Shown here: one piece after another, positions 48,231 through 55,979 of the stretch
How positions within the stretch are numbered: the first letter of the stretch is position 1
How the letters are laid out: the number at the start of each line of letters is the position of its first letter
Source: Caldilineae bacterium
Lineage (GTDB): Bacteria; Chloroflexota; Anaerolineae; DTLA01
NCBI GenBank assembly: GCA_037446815.1
Contig: JBBIHX010000006.1
Coordinates: forward strand, 1-55,979
DNA length: 55,979 bases
Direction of reading: 5' to 3'
Position numbers and translations under genes: made by a program
Notes under the pieces: model-generated
Told to the model about the DNA's origin: nothing
What the model saw: the letters and a program-made list of their open reading frames with translations, nothing else
Databases searched by the model: none

Positions 48231-50636
48231 CTACAGTGCGTGGCTCTCCCTTGCGATGATTTCGTCCTGAATCTCCTTGCCCAACCCCACGAAGTACGCG
48301 TTGTAGCCGGTAACACGCACCAGGAGATTGCGGTACTCGTCGGGATGCTTCTGCGCCTCGCGCAGGGTCTCGGGGCTGATGACGTTGATTTGCAGACACG
48401 TGCCCCCGACCTTGCCGTAGGCCCGCAAGAGTGCGGCCAGTTTCTGCCTCTGCTCCGCGCTCCTCAACAGCGACGGGCTGAAACTCATCGTGTGGCTTGC
48501 TCCGTTGGGTGCCGTCTCCAACCCAAGATGGCCGACGCTCTTGATCACCGCCGTCGGCCCCTTGCGGTCAGCCCCGTTGACAGGACAAACGGCGTTGGAG
48601 AGGTACTGGCCTCGCTTGCGTCCATCCGGCGTCGCCGCTGTAGTCGGGGCATAGGCAATCCAGTAGTTCCACGACAGATAACCGCCCCGATAGCGCTTCC
48701 CCGTTGGCGATACATGCTTGAATGCTTCCTCTGTCCAGAAACGACTCACTTCACGCGCAACATCGTCAACATAGGGATCATCGTTCCCATACTTGGGCGC
48801 CTTGCTCAGCAGCATCTGCCGCAGGGATTCGTGCCCTTCAAAGTTGGCCCTGACAGCCGCGAGTAGGTCCCCCATGCGAACCTGCTTGTCCTCAAAGACC
48901 AGTTTCTTCACAGCCGCCAGGCTATCGGCTGCGGTCGCCAGGGCAACGCCTTCTACCGTGAGGAAGTTGAACTCCGCGCCGCCGGCATTGCTGTCCTTTC
49001 CGCTCTGCAGGCAGCCATCCACCAATGCGCTCATGTACGGCACCGGCTCCCAACGCGCCCGCCCGGCATCGGCCATGTCATTGACCCGAATAATCCACTC
49101 TACCAGGTGCTTCAGTTGCGTTCGGAATGCGGCGTAGAATTCGTCAAAGGTACGAAAGTCGCGCGCATCCCCAGTCTTCGGCCCGATCTGCTTCCCCCTG
49201 GCCATGTCTCGCCCGTCGTTCAGCGCGAGTTCCACGGCCTTCGCTAGGTTCAAGTTCACGTCCACCGTGCCCGAGCGGTCACACCCTTGCAGCGTGTTCT
49301 CCAGACACCCCACCGGCGCGTAGTCCCATAATCGGTCCTCGGGCAGCCCCTGCCATCGCAGTCCCGCCATGGAGTTCTCGTCAAAGTTGATGAGAAACGC
49401 TGAGCCCTGCGTCTTGGACAGCATTTCCACGAGACGATTCAGCAGCCGATCGGGAGTCCGCGCATGAACACGCACGTTCGGCTTCGGCTCCAACAGGTTG
49501 ATCTCCTCTATCACATCCAGCATGAGGTACGTGAGATCGTTGGAAGCGTCGCTCCCGTCCGCGTTCATCCCCGCAAGCGTAATCAACTGCCCGAAAGAGG
49601 AGTTGATGCCCTGATTCGTCCCCACCCAGCCCTGGTAGTCATACACATAGTTGTGCTTGATCCACCAGCACTCCAGCCACTCCTTGGCCTGCTCGCGGGT
49701 CAGCCTGCCCGATTGGATGTCGGCCTCGTAGTAGGGGTACAGGTACTGATCCACCCGCCCGGGCGACACGCCAGGCCCTGGATAGCTCTCCGCGGCCATG
49801 AGCAGCATGTGAGTCGTCCACAGCGCCTGCAGGGCCTCTGGGAATGTCTCTGCGGGCAACCAGGGCACTTTGCGGCAGATGCGCGCTATCTCCAGCAACT
49901 CTGACCGGCGGTTCGCGTCGGCCTCATCCTGGGCAAGGCGCTCGGCCTCCCTCGCGTACCGCTCCATGAACTCCGGCACCGCCTCTGCGCAAATGACCAC
50001 CGCCCGCGCCAAATCTCGCTGCTCGGGCGTGCTGGCGGGGTCATCGGCAATCGCCTGCGCCTCATCCCGAATGCCTTTCCAGCCCATGCGCAACGCTTTG
50101 GGGTAGTTCGGAATCAGATGCCCGGGCACTGCGCCACAGTTGCCCACGCCTGTGCTGTTCAGTTTCTCCCACTCGCGGAAGAACGCCTCTTCTTCGCGAT
50201 CGCGCTTTTTCGCCTCGTCGCGCTTCAGACACCGCGACAGGGCCGTGTTGAAATGCGAGCCAACGATGAGTTCGCCTTCCCGTATCTGCACCGGCAGGTG
50301 TTGGCGCAGCACTTCCCTAAAGAACAGTGCCCGCCGCACCACCAAGGGTTCCTCCCAGAATCCAGCGGGGAGCGCTACGGGCGTTGCCGCGGCCAACAGG
50401 TAACTACGGTACCCCCGCTGGAACATCGCAACCTCGGGCACATTCGTCCAGTTCCAGATGGAATACACGACATCCCAGGGCGTTCCCGTCGTGTAGGCGC
50501 GCACCTCATTGGTGAAATCGCGTGTGTAGAAGGACCAATACTCATCGCGCAGCCGTCTGATGCGAGGCGATAGGGTGTCAGAGGCGCACCAAATCTGGGC
50601 TGGGGATACTACGGTACAGGTTTCCGAAGTGCTCAT
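48231..50636 (-). CDS. Glycyl radical enzyme, unassigned class
   Basis: GRVDQYLYP, GCLE Cys loop, PKYGND, ATPDGR, LLVRVTGY Gly loop; SD GGAGG before ATG 50636. Confidence 0.92.
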   Translation of the reverse strand: MSTSETCTVVSPAQIWCASDTLSPRIRRLRDEYWSFYTRDFTNEVRAYTTGTPWDVVYSIWNWTNVPEVAMFQRGYRSYLLAAATPVALPAGFWEEPLVVRRALFFREVLRQHLPVQIREGELIVGSHFNTALSRCLKRDEAKKRDREEEAFFREWEKLNSTGVGNCGAVPGHLIPNYPKALRMGWKGIRDEAQAIADDPASTPEQRDLARAVVICAEAVPEFMERYAREAERLAQDEADANRRSELLEIARICRKVPWLPAETFPEALQALWTTHMLLMAAESYPGPGVSPGRVDQYLYPYYEADIQSGRLTREQAKEWLECWWIKHNYVYDYQGWVGTNQGINSSFGQLITLAGMNADGSDASNDLTYLMLDVIEEINLLEPKPNVRVHARTPDRLLNRLVEMLSKTQGSAFLINFDENSMAGLRWQGLPEDRLWDYAPVGCLENTLQGCDRSGTVDVNLNLAKAVELALNDGRDMARGKQIGPKTGDARDFRTFDEFYAAFRTQLKHLVEWIIRVNDMADAGRARWEPVPYMSALVDGCLQSGKDSNAGGAEFNFLTVEGVALATAADSLAAVKKLVFEDKQVRMGDLLAAVRANFEGHESLRQMLLSKAPKYGNDDPYVDDVAREVSRFWTEEAFKHVSPTGKRYRGGYLSWNYWIAYAPTTAATPDGRKRGQYLSNAVCPVNGADRKGPTAVIKSVGHLGLETAPNGASHTMSFSPSLLRSAEQRQKLAALLRAYGKVGGTCLQINVISPETLREAQKHPDEYRNLLVRVTGYNAYFVGLGKEIQDEIIARESHAL

Positions 50637-50732
50637 GAAGTCTACCTCCCGATCCGCAATTGGACAGCAGACACTCCGAACGCCGAGAGTATACCGCAAC
50701 ACCCCACACCCTGCAAAGTCGGCGCCGCCGGC

Positions 50733-50836
50733 GATTCGGTTCCGAACTACGTTATGTCCACTGTCATTCTGAGCGGCGAAGCCGCGAAGAATCTCGGTAG
50801 CCGATAGGCCTCGCCTACGGCTCAGGCCAGCACGGC
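50733..50836. repeat. Truncated copy of the MITE/REP family
   Basis: GATTCGGTTCCGAA end; 50760-50796 is identical to 50859-50895. Confidence 0.7.
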
Positions 50837-50981
50837 GAGTCGGTTCCAAAGTCTGTCTACTGTCATTCTGAGCGGCGAAGCCGCGAAGAATCTCGCTGAC
50901 CGAGATGCTTCGCCTTCGGCTCAGCATGACAGAGTGGGGAGGCGGCGCGCGGGACAGACCAACACAGTTTGGAACCGAGTC
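50837..50981. mobile_element. 145-bp MITE-like element with 10-bp target duplication
   Basis: TIRs GAGTCGGTTCCAAA / TTTGGAACCGAGTC; CCAGCACGGC at 50827-50836 and 50982-50991. Confidence 0.85.
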
Positions 50982-51077
50982 CCAGCACGGCCTCGTTCTT
51001 GCCCATCATCCGCCCGCGTGATATACTGACGACCAGCGCATGCACATCAGCACGAATACACGCGAGAGGTTGAGCCC

Positions 51078-51791
51078 ATGGAACACCCACTCCCCCACCC
51101 TCTTGAACAGACCCTACATTACCGGTTTCACCAGCCGGCGCTGCTTCAACAGGCGCTGACGCACTCATCTTATGTCAACGAAAATCGCGACGCCGGGCTC
51201 CAGGACAACGAGCGTCTGGAATATCTCGGCGACGCCGTGCTGGATTTTGTCGTCGCAGAGTGGCTCTTTCGGGAGTTTCCGACACTGGCCGAAGGGGACA
51301 TGACCAACCTCCGCGCGCGACTGGTGCGCGAGGACACGCTAGCTCGTCTGGCGCAGCGCATCAACCTGGGCGAGCACCTCCTCCTCGGCAAGGGCGAGGC
51401 CGAAAGCGGCGGCCGTTCCCGCCCGCACAACCTGTGCGCCGCGTTTGAGGCCCTTGTCGGAGCCGTGTATTTGGATGCTGGCCTGGAGGGTGTGCGCGCC
51501 ACCTTTCGTCCGCTCATGGAACCGGAACTCCACCGCGCGCTGCGGGATCAGTCCATCCGCGACCCCAAGAGCCTGCTCCAGGAATGGGTGCAGGCGCGTT
51601 ACCACCTTACCCCAACCTACGACACCGTATCCGAAGAAGGCCCGGACCACGCGAAAGCCTTCACCGTTCACGTTCTCGTCAACGGGCGCGTCGTTGGCGT
51701 CGGCACCGGACCCAGCAAGCAGGCGGCGGCCCAGCAGGCTGCGGCGGTCGCCCTGCACCGACTGCAGACCGAAGATTCAACCACCTCTTGA
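51078..51791 (+). CDS. rnc: Ribonuclease III
   Basis: ALTHSSY, NERLEYLGDAVL, FEALVGA.YLD, dsRBD. Confidence 0.95.
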   Translation: MEHPLPHPLEQTLHYRFHQPALLQQALTHSSYVNENRDAGLQDNERLEYLGDAVLDFVVAEWLFREFPTLAEGDMTNLRARLVREDTLARLAQRINLGEHLLLGKGEAESGGRSRPHNLCAAFEALVGAVYLDAGLEGVRATFRPLMEPELHRALRDQSIRDPKSLLQEWVQARYHLTPTYDTVSEEGPDHAKAFTVHVLVNGRVVGVGTGPSKQAAAQQAAAVALHRLQTEDSTTS

Positions 51792-51817
51792 CATTCTCGC
51801 ACATGACACGCTATACT
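51788..51817 (+). promoter_or_regulatory. Sigma70 promoter for the acyl-CoA ligase
   Basis: TTGACA-18-TATACT. Confidence 0.6.
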
Positions 51818-51956
51818 GTACCTGCGAAGCACCCTCACCGCGGGCTTACATCCCTGGTCTCGTTCTAGAAACCGGCATCTCGGCCGCTGCTGCGGCAGGT
51901 CAGTTTTATCCGCCGAGGGCCAATGACCGGCCCCCACAGCACAAGGAGGAGACCGA

Positions 51957-53639
51957 ATGGAAAGACCCTGGCTAAAGTTCTATGAACCTGGAGTCCCCGC
52001 GAGCATCCCCTACCCTGACATCCCGCTCCACCAGAACCTTGCGGATGCCGCGCGCGACTACCCCCAAAGCCCCGCTACCATATTCTTTGACGCCACACTC
52101 ACCTACCAGGAGTTGGACGCCCTGGCCAACCGTTTCGCGGCTGGGCTGCAACGACTCGGCGTCAAGAAAGGCGACCGCGTGGCGATCTACCTACCCAACT
52201 GTCCCCAGTTCATCATCGCCTACTACGGCACCCTGCGGGCAGGTGGGATCGTCGTCCCCTGCAACCCGCTCTACGTCGCCCGCGAGTTGGAACACCAACT
52301 CAACGACTCCGGCTCCGAGACCATCGTCGCCCTGAGCAAGTTGTATCCGGTCGTCAAAGCCCTTCGCGACCGCACGCCGCTGAAGCGTGTCATCGTAGCC
52401 AGCATCAAAGAGTACTTCCCTCCCGTCCTTCGCCTCCTTTTCACGCTTTTGAAGGAGAAAAAGGAGGGACATGCCGTAGACATCTCCAAAGATGCCGATA
52501 CGTTTTGGTTCCAGGATTTCCTCCGCAGCGCGCCAGCAAGACCTGAGCCCGTCCAGGTAGAGCCTCAAGACACCGCCTGCCTTCTGTACACCGGCGGCAC
52601 CACGGGAGTACCCAAGGCAGCCGAACTGAGCCACAGAAACTTGGTGGCCAATGCTGTCCAGTGCTCGGTATGGTGCTCAGGTCGCCGGGGACAGGAGCGA
52701 TTCCTCGCCGCGTTGCCACTCTTCCATAGTTACGGAATGACCACGTGCATGAACGCAGGTATCTACATGGCCTCGCCCGTCATCCTTCTCCCGCAGTTCA
52801 AACTCAAAGATGTCCTGGAGGCCATCAACAAGCACCAACCCACCATCTTTCCGGGCGTGCCCACCATGTACGTAGCCATCAACAACTACCCTGACATAAA
52901 GGACTACAACCTGCGCTCCATCCGGGCTTGCATCAGCGGCGCAGCAGGTCTGCCCGTGGAAGTACAACAGAAGTTCCAACAACTGACCGGTGGACGGCTC
53001 GTGGAAGGCTACGGCCTTAGCGAAGCCTCGCCCGTTACCCACGGCAACCCCGTCTTCGGCGACTGCCGCATTGGCACCATCGGCGTGCCCTTCCCCGACA
53101 CCGATGCGAAAATCGTTGACCTGGAAACCGGCACGCAAGAGTTGCCCCCAGGCGAGGCTGGCGAACTCATCATCAAAGGCCCGCAAGTGATGAAGGGATA
53201 TTGGAACCGCCCCGACGAAACGGCGCTGGTCCTTCGCGAAGGCTGGCTCTACACTGGGGACATCGCCCGCCGCGATGCCGACGGATACTTCCAGATTGTT
53301 GACCGCAAGAAGGATATGATCATCGCCGGCGGGTTCAACATCTATCCGCGCGACGTTGAGGAAGTCCTGTACCAACATCCCAAGGTCAAAGAAGCCGTCG
53401 TCGCGGGCGTCCCCGATGAGTATCTGGGCGAAGTGGTGAAGGCCTACATCGTGCTCAAGGAGGGCGAGACGGCAACCGAGCAGGAAATCATTGAGTTCTG
53501 CCGCCAGAACTTGGCCAAGTACAAAGTCCCCCGCATCGTGGAATTCCGCAAGGAACTCCCCAAGACCATGGTGGGCAAAATCCTTCGCCGCGTGCTCGTG
53601 GAGGAAGAGCGCGCCAAACTAGCCAAAGGCAAGTCATAG
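51957..53639 (+). CDS. Long-chain fatty acid-CoA ligase (FadD/LcfA family)
   Basis: YTGGTTG.PK, EGYGLSE, TGD, DRKKD, GKILRR. Confidence 0.92.
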   Translation: MERPWLKFYEPGVPASIPYPDIPLHQNLADAARDYPQSPATIFFDATLTYQELDALANRFAAGLQRLGVKKGDRVAIYLPNCPQFIIAYYGTLRAGGIVVPCNPLYVARELEHQLNDSGSETIVALSKLYPVVKALRDRTPLKRVIVASIKEYFPPVLRLLFTLLKEKKEGHAVDISKDADTFWFQDFLRSAPARPEPVQVEPQDTACLLYTGGTTGVPKAAELSHRNLVANAVQCSVWCSGRRGQERFLAALPLFHSYGMTTCMNAGIYMASPVILLPQFKLKDVLEAINKHQPTIFPGVPTMYVAINNYPDIKDYNLRSIRACISGAAGLPVEVQQKFQQLTGGRLVEGYGLSEASPVTHGNPVFGDCRIGTIGVPFPDTDAKIVDLETGTQELPPGEAGELIIKGPQVMKGYWNRPDETALVLREGWLYTGDIARRDADGYFQIVDRKKDMIIAGGFNIYPRDVEEVLYQHPKVKEAVVAGVPDEYLGEVVKAYIVLKEGETATEQEIIEFCRQNLAKYKVPRIVEFRKELPKTMVGKILRRVLVEEERAKLAKGKS

Positions 53640-53650
53640 CCCTCGCAAAT

Positions 53651-53690
53651 GAAGCGGCAACTCGGTCGGGGGAACCGAGTTGCCGCTTCT
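53651..53690 (+). terminator. Intrinsic terminator hairpin
   Basis: 16-bp stem GAAGCGGCAACTCGGT/ACCGAGTTGCCGCTTC. Confidence 0.7.
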
Positions 53691-53849
53691 GCCTGAGGAG
53701 GGCTATAGGTGAGAAGTTGTAGAAATCAGACTTCTCTAGTCGTATTTTACCACACTCTCTATCGTTTGTCAACATTGTGCAAGAATTCACGGCGTGCTGG
53801 GGCACGCACCGCCGCGCAACCACACGCCGCGAAAGAAAGCGAGGTTGCC

Positions 53850-54644
53850 ATGGGAATATCCTGTTCACGAGCAACGGCAATCGGCCTGCTCCTCCTGTGC
53901 CTGATGCTAGGCGCATGTGCGCAGGCCACTTCGCCTGCGGCGACCCCTGTTCGGCCGACGACCGCCGCGCCCACACGCCCCGCGCCCACGCCAACACCCA
54001 CGCGTACCCCCGCGCCGAGCCCCACTCCCCCGCCGCCCACGTCAACGCCGGAGCCGACGCCCACCCCCACGCGCACGCCCATGCTCACGCTCCTTGAGCG
54101 GCTCCCAACCGCCAGGAATCAGGAGTTCGTGCTGACATTGACCGACGCGGAACTGAGTGAACTCATCGCTCTGGCTACAAAGGACGCAAAGGATCCCGAA
54201 ATCTACTGGCCCGAGGCCCACATCCACCCCGACGACATCGTCATCAACGCACGCCTGGTCGCCACCGGCCGTGCGCTCGTCATTGACGCCGAAGTGCGCG
54301 GCAACATCGTCCTCAAGTCTGGCATCCCCCGCTTCCAACTCAACGACATGAAAACCTGGATTCTGTGCTATCTCTGCTTTGAGGTCATCAACGGCGAGCC
54401 TCGGCTACGCATCACGCCCGCCCCAACTGCCCCGGGCGACATGCCACGCGAACCGCTGGACCCGAAAAGTTTCGCAGAAATAGGCGGAGGTGCGAACTGG
54501 TACGCCATGGCCGAGGGCATGGTGAACAATGCGCTGTGGTATGTGGATCCGTCCAGACCCAAGACCGTAAACCTCGGCGCGTTCACAATCACCGAGGTCA
54601 AACAGGAAGACGGCCTTCTCACGCTGCGAGGCCGCACCCAGTAA
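53850..54644 (+). CDS. Lipoprotein with Pro/Thr linker
   Basis: Lipobox LGAC, PT-rich linker; GAGG SD. Confidence 0.72.
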   Translation: MGISCSRATAIGLLLLCLMLGACAQATSPAATPVRPTTAAPTRPAPTPTPTRTPAPSPTPPPPTSTPEPTPTPTRTPMLTLLERLPTARNQEFVLTLTDAELSELIALATKDAKDPEIYWPEAHIHPDDIVINARLVATGRALVIDAEVRGNIVLKSGIPRFQLNDMKTWILCYLCFEVINGEPRLRITPAPTAPGDMPREPLDPKSFAEIGGGANWYAMAEGMVNNALWYVDPSRPKTVNLGAFTITEVKQEDGLLTLRGRTQ

Positions 54645-54725
54645 CGCCTACCCTAGCCCGCCCTGGCCGTTGTGCGGCATTCGGCACGCGCCTGGCGCGT
54701 TCGCACTGGTCTCCCGCGCAACAGG

Positions 54726-54755
54726 AAGCCCCCGCGACACGTTTGCGGGGGCTTT
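54726..54755. terminator. Hairpin between convergent genes
   Basis: AAGCCCCCGC..GCGGGGGCTT. Confidence 0.65.
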
Positions 54756-54790
54756 GCCCGTCCTACGACCCCGGGGTACTGCGCCCGGAA

Positions 54791-55979
54791 TCACCACCCC
54801 TGCGGCACGAGAAAGCGCTCCTCATCCGCTCCACTCCACCACAGCCCGCGCGAAACCAACGGAAGGAACGCCCGGCGCGCAACCGGCCTCGGCGTGGCCG
54901 TCGCAGTCCGCGTCGGCGTCGCCGTAGGCGTCCGTGTTGCCGTGGCAGTCGCCTGGGGCGTGGACGTGGGGGTGCGCGTCCGCGTTGGCGTGTGGGTGTG
55001 TGTCGGCGTGCTCGTTGGCAAACCGGTAACCGTAGGCACAGGCGTGAACGTCGGCGTGAGAGTCGGCGTCGCCGTTGGCCCAGGCCAGACGATGACGACA
55101 ATCGTGGCGTCGCCGGGTGCTGGTGTGTCTGGGTCATCGCTGGCGCTCACCAGCGAACCGACGTACAGGATTGCCTGGTTCACCGCATTCCCCTGCCCCG
55201 ACGGCCGCACCCGCAGGTCAAGGGTGATCACTGCCGTCGCTCCGGCGTTCAGCGTGTCTATGTAGACCTGCAGCGGGTTGTAGGTCAGTACGACGCCGTG
55301 GGACAGGGACAGACTCCCCACGATGTACTCTAACTGCGGCGGGAGGGCGTCCACAACCAGCAACCCGTAGGTTGCCGTCGGCAGGTTGTTAATCAACGTC
55401 AGCGTGTACCGCACTGTATCCCCGGGCGATGCCACGCCGTTGAGGTCGGCGTCGTTCACCAACGCCGCCCTCTTCCAGAACAGCCCCTGCCAGCCCGGGC
55501 CAGGCGTCGGTGTAGACGTCGGCGTTGGCGTGTGCGTGGCTGTGGGTGTTGGAGTCCGCGAAGGCGTCGGCGTTGGCGATGGCGGCGGCGACGGGTATAC
55601 GTCGGTGCACGTCGCGTCGTCCAGCGGCGTGTCGGGGTCGTCGGTCAGTTCGTCGCAGACGCACTGCTCCTCCTGGCAGCGAACGGCAACCAGGCCCCTG
55701 TTGCAAATCCGATCCACGCCCTCCAGAATGACGACGCGGAACCGAATCGTTACGCCCTGGTATGGATCCAACTCGGCGCGGCAGACGATGGGTATCTCGC
55801 TCACAACCTCGCCCACCGGCTCAACGGAGAGACTGCCGGGAACCAGCAGCGTGCCATCCGGAATCTGATCCGTGAACGTCATGACCAACGGCAACGAAAG
55901 GTTGTTCTGCACCAGAATCTCATACTCAATCGTGTCCCCGGGCGAAGGCAAGCCATCCCCGTCGCCGTCCACAACGAGC
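54791..55979 (-). CDS. Surface protein with DUF11-like repeats and PT linkers (5' partial)
   Basis: Two D.D..G..SPGDT..Y.....NN..DDPDTP domains, PT runs, C-terminal AFLPLVSR. Confidence 0.78.
   Translation of the reverse strand, partial: LVVDGDGDGLPSPGDTIEYEILVQNNLSLPLVMTFTDQIPDGTLLVPGSLSVEPVGEVVSEIPIVCRAELDPYQGVTIRFRVVILEGVDRICNRGLVAVRCQEEQCVCDELTDDPDTPLDDATCTDVYPSPPPSPTPTPSRTPTPTATHTPTPTSTPTPGPGWQGLFWKRAALVNDADLNGVASPGDTVRYTLTLINNLPTATYGLLVVDALPPQLEYIVGSLSLSHGVVLTYNPLQVYIDTLNAGATAVITLDLRVRPSGQGNAVNQAILYVGSLVSASDDPDTPAPGDATIVVIVWPGPTATPTLTPTFTPVPTVTGLPTSTPTHTHTPTRTRTPTSTPQATATATRTPTATPTRTATATPRPVARRAFLPLVSRGLWWSGADEERFLVPQGW

Noticed and set aside
50760..50895. 37-bp direct repeat as a mini CRISPR array
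   Set aside because: Only two copies, part of the REP/MITE nest, and no cas genes
50637..50927. N-terminal extension of the GRE ORF with repeated EILRGFAAQNDS
   Set aside because: It is translation through the MITE/REP copies; the SD-supported start is 50636
53651..53689. GGAACCGAGT resembling the MITE TIR
   Set aside because: It lies within a short terminator-like hairpin and has no core or duplication
53930..54080. Low-complexity C-rich DNA repeats
   Set aside because: They encode ordinary Pro/Thr linkers

Overview
This is a GC-rich bacterial scaffold with two 100-N gaps. Gene content (Pro/Thr-linker surface proteins, a C-terminal FLPLV motif, anaerobic enzymes) suggests an anaerobic Chloroflexota/Anaerolineae genome; this is an inference. 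Housekeeping genes (scpB, rluB-cmk-plsC, trmFO, smpB, hflX, acpP, fni, aroQ, rnc, mtnP) are mixed with accessory modules. The modules are: a Crp/Fnr regulator with a class II-positioned site upstream of two small Cys-rich proteins; an Xis-HTH/PocR regulator heading a DsrE-TusA-DsrM/K-like operon; a Moco/molybdenum-hydroxylase operon ending in an amidohydrolase-CYTH fusion; a TetR-MMPL pair; and a glycyl radical enzyme (GRE) I cannot place in a known class, with its activase and a split-barrel partner. Non-coding signals include a MITE-like family (shared terminal inverted repeats, 8-10 bp target duplications, different REP-like palindromic cores), a candidate 6S RNA, a frameshifted saccharopine dehydrogenase pseudogene, and probable non-canonical starts for fni (CTG/ATT) and hflX (ATC). 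No CRISPR array, rRNA, tRNA or transposase was seen.
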